From Bacillota bacterium (GTDB lineage Bacteria > Bacillota > Clostridia > Peptostreptococcales > Anaerovoracaceae): 64,000 nucleotides of DNA. The position numbers and the translations under genes are program-made. The notes below the pieces were generated by a model that made no database searches, was not told the origin of the DNA, and saw only the letters and a list, made by a program, of their open reading frames with translations. The DNA is taken from assembly GCA_017397825.1 (NCBI GenBank), contig JAFQHT010000145.1, positions 1,024-65,023 of the forward strand, in the 5' to 3' direction. Shown here piece after piece: positions 1 to 8,674 of this stretch (positions are counted from its first letter, which is position 1; every line of letters starts with the position of its first letter).

Positions 1-265
1 ACCGTCATAATATGTTATATTATTAGAATAATATGGGCGGTTTCTGTTTTCGTTGGCGCGTCTGCAGAAACCATATGTCAGAAGCCCTCTCTGGCATACG
101 GAGGATACCCTTTTCACCTTTCGGTGAGGAGCTCTATACCCACCTTCCAGCTGCCTGTGACCAAAATTTATACTATTTCCATACTTTTGTCCCCACCCCA
201 AATGCTCAAAAGGGTGGGAAATCATAAAAAAAAGTGTGAAAAATTCAAAATCAGGAGGGTTTTTC

Positions 266-1594
266 ATGAAAAAATTCATTACACTGCTTATCTGTCTGGC
301 GATGCTGCTGTTCACCTTTACCAACTGCGGAGAAAAGGACATTATGGACCCGGATCATCCGGTAACCCTGACCATGTGGCACAATTACGGCGGCGACATG
401 CAGGAAACCATGGACTATCTCATTGACCAGTTCAACGGTACCGTCGGCAAGGAAAAAGGCATCGTCATCAACGTGACTGCCATCTCTTCCAGTTCCGAGC
501 TGAATAAAAGCCTGGATATGATTGTGAACGACGATCCCGGTGCACCGGAAATTCCGGACATTTTCACCGGCTATCCGAAGATTGCCGTCAAGTTCCAGGA
601 AAAGGACATGCTGGTAAACCTTGATGATTACTTCAGTGAAGAAGAAGTGGCCGGTTATGTGGAAGCTTTCGTGGAAGAAGGACGTCTTTCTGACGGTGGT
701 CTCTACGTATTCCCTATCGCCAAATCCACGGAAATTCTCTATGTGAATCAGACGCTCTTCGACCGTTTTGCAGCGGAAACCGGTGCTTCCATTGAGCAGC
801 TCTCCACCATGGAAGGCATGATGGAAGTCTCTGAAATGTACTATGAATGGAGCGGAGGCAAGCAGTTCTACGCCGCAGATTCCTGGTTCAACTTCGCAGA
901 AGTGGGCATGGCCCAGCTGGGTGACAGCATCTTTGATGATTCCGAAGAACTGGACCTGAGCGGAGACACTTACGAATATATTTTCAATACGGTTTATGAT
1001 GCAGCGGTAAAGGGCGGAGTGGCCATCTACGACGGTTACTCTTCGGACCTGTCCAAGACCGGTGATCTGGTATGCTCCTCCGGTTCTTCTGCCGGCATTC
1101 TTTTCTACGGCGACACCATCACCTATTCCGACGGCACCGTAGAAGATGTGGAATACAGCATCCTGCCTTACCCGGTATTTGAGGGCGGCAGCAAAACGGC
1201 TCTCCAGCGCGGCGGCGGCCTGATGGTGGCAAAATCCACCCAGCAGAAGGAATATGCAGCCTGTGAATTCATCAAGTGGCTCACTGCATCGCAGCAGAAC
1301 ATGAAGTTTATCGAAAAGACCGGATATCTGCCGGTTACACGTCAGGCCTTTGAAGAAGACATGACTTCCCACCTGCAGAATCTGGAAGATCCGCGCATTG
1401 CGAAAATGCTGACTGCAGTCATGGACATGTACGAAGACTACACCTTCTTCACTGCACCGAACTATATCACCTTTGATGATGACAGCAGCTGGTATGAAAG
1501 TGAATTCAAGGCCATTCTGTCCGCACAGCGTGCAGAATACCTGGACGGCGAAGAGGTCTCTGCGGCTGATGCACTGGCCGCACTGAAAAAGTAA
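266..1594 (+). CDS. ABC transporter extracellular solute-binding lipoprotein (carbohydrate type)
   Basis: ORF 236..1594. AGGAGG at 253-258 favours the ATG at 266. N-terminus MKKFITLLICLAMLLFTFTNCGEKD is a lipoprotein signal with Cys. Size and composition are typical of family-1 sugar-binding proteins. Confidence 0.75.
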   Translation: MKKFITLLICLAMLLFTFTNCGEKDIMDPDHPVTLTMWHNYGGDMQETMDYLIDQFNGTVGKEKGIVINVTAISSSSELNKSLDMIVNDDPGAPEIPDIFTGYPKIAVKFQEKDMLVNLDDYFSEEEVAGYVEAFVEEGRLSDGGLYVFPIAKSTEILYVNQTLFDRFAAETGASIEQLSTMEGMMEVSEMYYEWSGGKQFYAADSWFNFAEVGMAQLGDSIFDDSEELDLSGDTYEYIFNTVYDAAVKGGVAIYDGYSSDLSKTGDLVCSSGSSAGILFYGDTITYSDGTVEDVEYSILPYPVFEGGSKTALQRGGGLMVAKSTQQKEYAACEFIKWLTASQQNMKFIEKTGYLPVTRQAFEEDMTSHLQNLEDPRIAKMLTAVMDMYEDYTFFTAPNYITFDDDSSWYESEFKAILSAQRAEYLDGEEVSAADALAALKK

Positions 1595-1640
1595 TGGTCT
1601 CCATTTCCCCTGAAATTCAGAGAAAGGAGGCTCCGGCAGT

Positions 1641-3290
1641 ATGATCAGACAGGCTTTCAGCTTATGGAAAACAGAACGGCAGAAAAAAGGAACGACGCTG
1701 CACCGCCGGCTTGTCCTCTTTTTCCTGTCCGCAACCGTCACACTGGTTCTGCTCTTTACCCTTCTCATGGTACTTCTGGGGATGACCGGGGAGGAAGAAA
1801 AGGCAGTCCAGAACTATTTTAACAACGCAACCAACAGTATCTCTGACTCGATAACGGAGGACTTCGGAAGAATTGCCGTGGAAGGCATCAATCTGGCAGA
1901 ATCCATTTCTTCCATTTCAGAGAACTATTTTGAAACCGCCGGCATTACCCCTGCGGATCTGCAGGGAAGTCCGGAATACATCGAAGGTCTCCTGTCCCAG
2001 CAGGCACCGCTCCTTCTTGGAACCATCAACAGCCGTACCTGCGGCGGCGTATATGTCCTTCTGGACGCTACGGTAAAACCGGAGGCCGAAGGCGCGGATT
2101 TTGCCAAGTCAGGATTGTTCCTGAAGAAGACCCAGCCGAACCACACCCAGGTGGTAGGAGTGAAACTCCACTTCCTGCGCGGACCGGCTTCCATTGCCCG
2201 TTCAGTGGGCATCGAGCTTCTGGGCCAGTGGAAGATGGAGTACGATATCGAAGGGCAGGAATTCTTCACACAGGTTATGGAGACAGCCCGGGCCAATCCG
2301 GATCTGCCCCTTTCCCGCCTCTATTACTGGTCCGGACGGGTGCAGCTGAAGGATAACAGTGAAGCCGGATTTCTTCTCTGCGTACCGCTGCGCGCCAGCG
2401 ACGGAACCGTATACGGGGTCTGCGGCATTGAAGTCAGCGACCGGATGTTCAAGACCCACTACACACCGGCATCAGATACGTATGACAATGTGTTTGCCGT
2501 AGCAGCTCCATCGGACAGCGCCGGCCTGAAAACATCACAGGGCATCATTGCAGGCAACTATTATCTCACCGGCAACCGGCTCAGTGATGACCTCCGCTTC
2601 GCAGGAGAAAAGAACGGATTCCAGCAGTTTGCCATCAATGGTACATTTTACAGTGGCAAGTCCGCCTCCATCCGCCTCTATCCGGACAATTCCCCTTATG
2701 TGGATGAAACCTGGTCTGTGGCACTGCTGATGCCATCGGATATTCTGGACGAAGTCATGAGAGGAAACCGTTCCCAGTTCATTCATATCGTACTTGCACT
2801 GCTGGCCGCAAGCCTGATTGGCTCCTTCCTTATCAGCCGTTATTACCTGCGGCCTGTAACGGAAGCCCTGGATTCCATCCGTTCCTCTTCCGGCATGGTG
2901 GAACACCGGCGAGCCGTACCGTATCAGGAAATTATGGACCTGTTTGAATTTCTGGATCAGAAAGACCGGGAACACGAGCAGGTGCGCAGTCAGTTTGAAA
3001 AGGTCCAGCTGGACAATTCCCGCCTTGCCTACTCACGTAAAACAGAGGTCGATCCGGACAGCTACCAGCAGTTCCTGGATAATCTGTCTACCCTGACGCC
3101 GACCGAGCGGGACATCTTCAACCTGTATATCGACGGACGTTCCGCGAAAGAAATCCTGGATATCGCCGGTATCAAGGAAAACACGCTGAAATACCATAAC
3201 AAAAACATCTACAGCAAGCTGGGTGTCACTTCCCGCAAGGAACTTCTGCGCTACGCGGCACTGATGAAGCAGGAGTCTCCGGTAAGATGA
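1641..3290 (+). CDS. LuxR-family transcriptional regulator with a membrane-anchored N-terminal sensor region
   Basis: Two hydrophobic segments bracket a ~330-aa extracytoplasmic region. C-terminal LuxR-type HTH (TPTERDIFNLYIDGRSAKEILDIAGIKENTLKYHNKNIYSKLGVTSRKELLRYA). Confidence 0.75.
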   Translation: MIRQAFSLWKTERQKKGTTLHRRLVLFFLSATVTLVLLFTLLMVLLGMTGEEEKAVQNYFNNATNSISDSITEDFGRIAVEGINLAESISSISENYFETAGITPADLQGSPEYIEGLLSQQAPLLLGTINSRTCGGVYVLLDATVKPEAEGADFAKSGLFLKKTQPNHTQVVGVKLHFLRGPASIARSVGIELLGQWKMEYDIEGQEFFTQVMETARANPDLPLSRLYYWSGRVQLKDNSEAGFLLCVPLRASDGTVYGVCGIEVSDRMFKTHYTPASDTYDNVFAVAAPSDSAGLKTSQGIIAGNYYLTGNRLSDDLRFAGEKNGFQQFAINGTFYSGKSASIRLYPDNSPYVDETWSVALLMPSDILDEVMRGNRSQFIHIVLALLAASLIGSFLISRYYLRPVTEALDSIRSSSGMVEHRRAVPYQEIMDLFEFLDQKDREHEQVRSQFEKVQLDNSRLAYSRKTEVDPDSYQQFLDNLSTLTPTERDIFNLYIDGRSAKEILDIAGIKENTLKYHNKNIYSKLGVTSRKELLRYAALMKQESPVR

Positions 3291-3302
3291 AACAGAGCAT
3301 AT

Positions 3303-3330
3303 AAAAAGGGCTGAAAATCAGCCCTTTTTG
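3303..3330 (+). terminator. Rho-independent terminator after the LuxR-type gene (A-run upstream, so possibly bidirectional)
   Basis: GGGCTGA-AAA-TCAGCCC stem (3308-3324) followed by TTTTT. Confidence 0.7.
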
Positions 3331-3352
3331 TGTATATATTGTTTCTTATTTT

Positions 3353-5101
3353 TTATGTAATAAGCTTACTACCTCGCAATGTGTCAACCCTTGTATCTCG
3401 CGGCACAATTGTTGGTTCGCTATTATTATTTGACGGCATTTTGTCATGAGATTTTTTTCTTCCTTTCTGGATTCTGTTCTTTGAATTATTCCAAGTATCT
3501 TCAAAACCAGTCTTATATACAAAGACTAATCGATAAGGATCTATTTTTCCATCTTCATTATACCCTCCGACAAGTACTTTTTCAATTACACTTTCGAAAA
3601 TCTCCCTGTCGAATTCCATTGTTTCTTGATAATTCATCAGTTTCTTTTTGAATTCATTAATTCTGCTTCGTATGGGTGCTTTATTATCCTCCAAACTCTG
3701 TAACTCTTCAATCGCCAATTCATACTTTTGTAATTTCAAAGCCATTTTTTTATCAGCTTGCTTATACAGCTCTGCTTCCACATTTCCTTCCAAATACTGA
3801 TTAAGAAGAGTATTCCGTCTTAGTCGGAGATTATCATACTTCTTCGTAACCTCTTCCAGTTTGCTTCTATCATCATTGGCTGTCAGTACCTTCTCAACCT
3901 GTTTAAGAAAAGTGTCAAGCAGTTCTGGATTATCCTTGCAAATCAGTTTATATGATTCCACAAAGGCTTCTTCTATCAACTCTTCCGGAATAGATTTCGA
4001 ATAGACACAATTCTTTTTACCAGTTTTACTTGCCTGAACACATTGCCAGATATGTTTTTTATATTTAGATGCGCTGTGCCACTCTCTTCTTGACATGGAG
4101 CTCCCACAAAAGCTGCATTTCAGCATTGAACTGAATGCATATTTTCGACTCCATTTATCGCGTTTTCCTGGTTCAACCATATTTCGGCTTCCATTCCTAT
4201 GGTTTAATATTGCCTGAGCTTTTTCAAACATCTCCCGGGAAATTATAGGTTCATGATGGTCACGGACATAGTACTGATCCTGCTCCCCGCAATTCATCAG
4301 CCGTCTTTTTGTAATCGGGTCAACTGTGTAAGTTTTCCCCATCAGTACATCTCCTATATACTTTTCGTTACGGATAATCCCAATTACGGTATCATTATTC
4401 CATTTATTCCCTCTGATTGTCTTAATCCCCTGTTCATTAAGTTCCCTGGAAATGATAGTCCCACCTGCGCCACTCACATATCTGTCAAAAATATACTGCA
4501 CAACATGTGCCTCATTTTTATTCACGGTGATAGCTTTTGTAACAGGGTCATAATCATAACCCAGGCATCTTCCGAATCCCACGATTTCTCCACGCTTCAT
4601 CTTCATCTGAAGACCCTTTTTCACATAAGAAGAAGTGTTTACAACTTCCTGCTGTGCAACAGAACTTAGTATGGTAAGCAGAAACTCACCATCCGTCAGC
4701 GTATTAATGCGTTCTACTTCAAAATACACTGCTACATTCTTTGCCTGAAGCATACGCACATACTTGATTGTGTCCAATGTGTTTCTGGCAAAACGAGGGA
4801 TGCTTTTAGCTATAACCATGTCAATTTTCCCATCGAGACATTGGCGAATCATTTTTTGGAATTCTTCACGGGTATCTTTCGTACCGGTTATTGCCTTATC
4901 TGCAAAAACCCCTGCAAAAATCCATTCTTTATTGTTCTTAATTAAGTCGGTGTAATGCTGGACCATCGAATTATAGCTTTTTATTTGGTCTTCATCATCG
5001 GTACTTACTCGGCAGTATGCTGCAACACGTAATCGTTTTATTTTATGGAGACTTCCACTTCGAGCCGCGACATCCGTAGCTTTTATTACTTCTACTTCCA
5101 T
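3353..5101 (-). CDS. Large serine recombinase (ICE integrase)
   Basis: N-terminal resolvase catalytic domain (RVAAYCRVSTDDEDQ). Recombinase domain. Zinc-ribbon Cys cluster (CSFCGSSM...WQCV...KKNC). C-terminal coiled coil. Start chosen at MEVEVIK, preceded by an AGGAGAAAGGAAG RBS. Confidence 0.9.
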   Translation of the reverse strand: MEVEVIKATDVAARSGSLHKIKRLRVAAYCRVSTDDEDQIKSYNSMVQHYTDLIKNNKEWIFAGVFADKAITGTKDTREEFQKMIRQCLDGKIDMVIAKSIPRFARNTLDTIKYVRMLQAKNVAVYFEVERINTLTDGEFLLTILSSVAQQEVVNTSSYVKKGLQMKMKRGEIVGFGRCLGYDYDPVTKAITVNKNEAHVVQYIFDRYVSGAGGTIISRELNEQGIKTIRGNKWNNDTVIGIIRNEKYIGDVLMGKTYTVDPITKRRLMNCGEQDQYYVRDHHEPIISREMFEKAQAILNHRNGSRNMVEPGKRDKWSRKYAFSSMLKCSFCGSSMSRREWHSASKYKKHIWQCVQASKTGKKNCVYSKSIPEELIEEAFVESYKLICKDNPELLDTFLKQVEKVLTANDDRSKLEEVTKKYDNLRLRRNTLLNQYLEGNVEAELYKQADKKMALKLQKYELAIEELQSLEDNKAPIRSRINEFKKKLMNYQETMEFDREIFESVIEKVLVGGYNEDGKIDPYRLVFVYKTGFEDTWNNSKNRIQKGRKKSHDKMPSNNNSEPTIVPRDTRVDTLRGSKLIT

Positions 5102-5153
5102 GATTGCTTCCTTTCTCCTGCAGTCTCCAGTAATCCAGTACCTGTCCAAAGAT

Positions 5154-5303
5154 TTATACGGTTACATCGGAGACCACCCCATATTTCTTTCGAAGTTGAT
5201 TAATTATCAGCTGATATTCGCTGTCTGAAATCAGTTTCTGTTTTTTCAACTGCTTCAGCATCGCTATCTGCATGCTATAATCTAAAAGATTGCTTTTTAC
5301 CAT
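5154..5303 (-). CDS. Small 49-aa protein, SHOCT-like motif (hypothetical)
   Basis: Hand-translated ORF below the track cutoff: MVKSNLLDYSMQIAMLKQLKKQKLISDSEYQLIINQLRKKYGVVSDVTV. It has a GAGG RBS and lies immediately upstream of, and co-oriented with, the recombinase. Confidence 0.4.
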   Translation of the reverse strand: MVKSNLLDYSMQIAMLKQLKKQKLISDSEYQLIINQLRKKYGVVSDVTV

Positions 5304-5337
5304 CTTTGCACCTCATTTTACTTATCTTTTCAAAAAA

Positions 5338-5372
5338 GTAAAATGTGCGAATTCATAAATCGCACATTTTAC
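5338..5372 (-). terminator. 13-bp perfect hairpin with T-run (terminator or attenuator upstream of the recombinase genes)
   Basis: GTAAAATGTGCGA / TCGCACATTTTAC arms. On the minus strand the hairpin is followed by TTTTTTG. Confidence 0.4.
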
Positions 5373-5829
5373 AAGTATCGCATAATGTATTATGCTTAAA
5401 ATTTTGTTGCTAATTGCAGTGACAAAAAGTATTACAAATGCCCCTTGGCACTGCAATTAAATAATTTACCAGGCGGCCGCTGGCGATGCGGCTCCACGGG
5501 CTTCTCACCCCTTTTCCATATTAAGCTGCTCCCATTGCGTGATCCCTGGTGGGGCTGTGGCTGAGCAGGAGTATCATTATCCCCAATCGCCTGTCATCGC
5601 AGATCCGGAAGCCATCCGGATTCTCAGCCCAGTTTGAATCGCTCGGTCAAAACTGACCATCCTGGCGAACCGGCTGAAGTGCTTTGCGCTCATCACGCCT
5701 GCGTTGGGAACGTACCTGATAAAGTATATGCAGTTTTCATGGTCCATATAATGTGAGACTGCTGCCTCACACTATACGGACATTTTTACGGCATATCCAC
5801 AACAGGTAAAAATAAAATTTTTTCAAAAA

Positions 5830-6243
5830 TTAAAAGATTTTTTTGCGGATCTGTTTCAATGTGGCCGAAATCCTCTGCTGGCTCACATTTTCAGCCTGAG
5901 CAATCTCGTTGATGCTCATTCCATGCAGACGCATGGCCAGACGTCTTTGCTGTGTCTCCGTCAATTCATGTATCTTTTCACCGATTTCATGTTCAATTTC
6001 CTTTTCCAAAAGAAGCCCTTCCGGAGTATCCTTGTCAAAGTATTCTTCACCCTCATATGTGATTGCATTGAGGGAATAATTATGTCTGCGTTCTTTTCTG
6101 TTTGAATTTGCTTCTCTTCTGCGGTCTTCAATGATAAATGCTGCTATTCTGTCTTCATCCGCAAACTCCAAATTTACAGATTTTCTGTCCACAAAAATAT
6201 ACCTTATTTTAATTGTCACGTCCGCATATGCCCTGCACCACAC
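5830..6243 (-). CDS. Sigma-70 region-4-like HTH protein typical of Firmicutes ICEs
   Basis: C-terminal LTETQQRRLAMRLHGMSINEIAQAENVSQQRISATLKQIRKKIF. A GTG at 6219 (VTIKIRY...) is an alternative start. Confidence 0.65.
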   Translation of the reverse strand: MWCRAYADVTIKIRYIFVDRKSVNLEFADEDRIAAFIIEDRRREANSNRKERRHNYSLNAITYEGEEYFDKDTPEGLLLEKEIEHEIGEKIHELTETQQRRLAMRLHGMSINEIAQAENVSQQRISATLKQIRKKIF

Positions 6244-6340
6244 ATTTTTTTAATATAAACAGTGCAGTATTCCTCCTACCATACGGGCATATCCGGCAGG
6301 GTTTCACAACAGGCATAAGCAAAATATTTTTGAAAAGCAG

Positions 6341-6378
6341 AAAAGACGTCACCCGGTTTTATACGAATCACGTCTTTT
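6341..6378 (-). terminator. Hairpin terminating the cargo operon
   Basis: AAAAGACGT / ACGTCTTTT arms. On the minus strand a T-rich tract (CTGCTTTTC) follows, downstream of the stop at 6449. Confidence 0.5.
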
Positions 6379-6448
6379 GCATTCCATTCAGACCTCCGGT
6401 TTTCCGGTCAGCCTAATGTTTATATATTATTCTATGGCAACCTATCTG

Positions 6449-7753
6449 CTATTTCACCTTAATCTTCTTCACACTGCTGTAGCTTCCATAAACTTTCGTA
6501 TCATTCACTACCTTATAGGCACGTACCTTCACATAGTAGGTCTTACCCTTCTTCAGCTCCTTGATGGTCTTGGAGCGGGACTTGGAAGAGGAATCCTTTA
6601 CGGATACGGTCTTTGTGTTCTTGGTGAAGTCCTTGTCTGTGGCAATCTTAATCTGGAAGCCATCTGCCATCTGCTGGTTGGTCCAGGACACCTTTAAGGA
6701 ACCGGACTTCGGAGAAGTAGCCTTAACACCTGCAGTCTTTGCAGGGATGTTTTCAAAATACTGTGCCAGGGCATAGTAGGCCTGCTCGGTTGCCATCAGG
6801 TTTACCACTGGTTCATAGCCGCCGCTTGCATGATTTACATGGCGGAAACCGCCTGCATCAGCACCGTCATTGTCGTAATAAGTCATCATGGCATCCAGTA
6901 CGGTTTTACCATTTTTCTTAAAACGCTTGTCAGTATTAGCATTGATACCCAGGTTGGAAAGTGCACTTACCACCTGTGCACTGCTTTCCAGCGTCGGAAC
7001 ACCCCAGCTGCTGAAGCCACCGTCTGCATCCTGCATCTTGGACAGGCAGTTGATAGCCTTGTCGATGGCTGCCTTTACCTTCTTCTGTCCGGAGTATGGT
7101 GCCAGGGATTCCAGACCCATGGCAGTCAGGTCAGGGTCAGATACGCTGCCGCTCAGTGCCCATCCGCCATCCGGCAGCTGATTTTCAATCATATAGTTAA
7201 TCAGCTTCTGACGGGTTGTGAAGTTCTCAATACCGGCTGCTTTCTGCTCTGCTGCAGTCATCTTTGGAATGTCATAATCACCTGCATCCAGGGCACGGAG
7301 TGCGAAAATCGGACCGTTGATGCCCTGCCATACTACCTTATCAAAGTCCGCCAGCATGGCCACCATATCATAGCCGTTAATATCGGTTGGATCAAGGCCC
7401 AGTGCTGCGTAGGCAATAATCACACGGGAGTATTCGGTGTACTTTCTGTCATGGAGAATGCCTTTCACGCCGCGGTAACCATCTTCCAGTGCTGCTTCCA
7501 CAGTCTTCTGATAGCTCTTCACATAGGAGTCCGGGAAGTCGTAGCCCGCTTCTGCCAGACCGTACATGAGCCATTCGCCTCCGATGGAACCAAAGGCAGG
7601 TTCTTTGATAAGATTGTAAAGATAGTCGCCGGTCTTTTCCCAGGCAGCCTTTACATCGCTGTAGGATGCTGCAGAAGCACTTCCCGCACTGCCCAGGCAC
7701 ATAGTCAGCACCAGAGCCAGAATCAGAAGCAGTGATACTAATTTTCTTTTCAT
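6449..7753 (-). CDS. Secreted prenyltransferase/terpene-cyclase-like alpha/alpha-toroid repeat protein with a C-terminal FN3-like domain
   Basis: Signal peptide (MKRKLVSLLLILALVLTMCLGSAGSASA). Repeated toroid motifs (QLPDGGWALS, MQDADGGFSSWG, GGFRH). C-terminal FN3-like module (GKTYYVKVRAYKV). Confidence 0.65.
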   Translation of the reverse strand: MKRKLVSLLLILALVLTMCLGSAGSASAASYSDVKAAWEKTGDYLYNLIKEPAFGSIGGEWLMYGLAEAGYDFPDSYVKSYQKTVEAALEDGYRGVKGILHDRKYTEYSRVIIAYAALGLDPTDINGYDMVAMLADFDKVVWQGINGPIFALRALDAGDYDIPKMTAAEQKAAGIENFTTRQKLINYMIENQLPDGGWALSGSVSDPDLTAMGLESLAPYSGQKKVKAAIDKAINCLSKMQDADGGFSSWGVPTLESSAQVVSALSNLGINANTDKRFKKNGKTVLDAMMTYYDNDGADAGGFRHVNHASGGYEPVVNLMATEQAYYALAQYFENIPAKTAGVKATSPKSGSLKVSWTNQQMADGFQIKIATDKDFTKNTKTVSVKDSSSKSRSKTIKELKKGKTYYVKVRAYKVVNDTKVYGSYSSVKKIKVK

Positions 7754-7780
7754 TCTTTTTTCCTCGCTTTCATTCGCCTT

Positions 7781-8665
7781 TTATGCCATGGAGTTATCGC
7801 CTACGTCCTTGCCCAGGTCGCAGGTATAAACCCACTCAATTACATCGCCGTCACGGAGATAATATGACGAGCATCCGTAGTTCGGGAACCAGCCGTTAAC
7901 CTTGTACATCCATCCGGACAGCGGACCGCCGTCAAACTCGTACAGGTAGTTGATTCCTTCAATATAGTTGGATTCATACACCGGAGTGAAACTGAATTCC
8001 ATGTGTACCCCATTGTTTCTGCAAACGGTGTTGAGTACATCGAACACGGTGTTATCCGTGGTTCCCTGATATACCACATCCTTCAAAATCCATCCGTCTT
8101 CCGGTATGTAATCGCGGATGGACTCGGTTTCCAGCTTGCTCATGTCACTGGAAAGGGTCTCGCAGCTGATGCTGATGGTCACAGTCACCGGCTCCGGTAC
8201 ATCTGGCTTGTAGGCACGGTTGCCGTCATTGGACGCGGTCGGGTCTTTGCTGTTGTCAACCTTCAGTTCTTCTGCTGTCATGTCCTTTGCTTCTTCTTTG
8301 GTCGGACGGTCATCTGCAGGTTTCTGTTCAGGCTCATCAGCCTGGTCTTCTTCAGCGGACTGGTTATCAGAAACATCTTCCTGTTTAACATCAGTCTGCG
8401 TTTCATCATCCTGCTGCAGTTCATCAGACTCAGACTGCTGGATATTATCACCGGTCTGCTGTTCTTCCTGAACCTGCTGCTCCTGCTGGTAATCTACGAT
8501 GTTGCCCTGTCCATCGGGAAGCAGTGCATCTTTGCCTTCAATGCTGAAAATAGAGGCGGTGTAGATGACTGCCGCAATGGCAATCACGCCAAGCACAATG
8601 CGGCGGATACGCTTCTTTCTCAGGTTCTTCGCCAGTTCTTTTTGAAAATCGTGTTTTTCTTCCAT
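7781..8665 (-). CDS. Membrane-anchored DUF4430 (transcobalamin-like C-terminal domain) protein
   Basis: N-terminal TM anchor (IVLGVIAIAAVIYTASIF). About 80 aa of acidic Q/E/D-rich linker. C-terminal domain ending in GPLSGWMYKVNGWFPNYGCSSYYLRDGDVIEWVYT, recognised as DUF4430-like. Confidence 0.7.
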   Translation of the reverse strand: MEEKHDFQKELAKNLRKKRIRRIVLGVIAIAAVIYTASIFSIEGKDALLPDGQGNIVDYQQEQQVQEEQQTGDNIQQSESDELQQDDETQTDVKQEDVSDNQSAEEDQADEPEQKPADDRPTKEEAKDMTAEELKVDNSKDPTASNDGNRAYKPDVPEPVTVTISISCETLSSDMSKLETESIRDYIPEDGWILKDVVYQGTTDNTVFDVLNTVCRNNGVHMEFSFTPVYESNYIEGINYLYEFDGGPLSGWMYKVNGWFPNYGCSSYYLRDGDVIEWVYTCDLGKDVGDNSMA

Positions 8666-8674
8666 AGATACCCC

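Noticed and set aside
251-1768. A 505-aa minus-strand ORF antisense to the solute-binding protein gene. Similar long antisense ORFs occur at 6830..7735, 8003..8827, 10609..11310, 12293..13360, 18677..19267, 20583..21146, 22081..22602, 24269..25015, 30160..30768, 33352..34014, 34584..35183, 36579..37112, 40708..41346 and 53705..54271.
   Set aside because: These are shadow ORFs opposite genes with clear family motifs. Their translations are low-complexity or Cys/Arg/His-rich, with no recognisable motifs, RBS or independent support.
5474-5481. A GCGGCCGC (NotI) palindrome and other short palindromes in the GC-rich island.
   Set aside because: A single 8-bp palindrome in a GC-rich stretch is expected by chance and has no supporting context.
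5469-5720. The GC-rich island considered as a third cobalamin riboswitch or another known riboswitch.
   Set aside because: There is no B12 box or AATAGGGAA/CTGTAA-type core on either strand, and no downstream gene in an appropriate position. It is kept only as an unexplained region.
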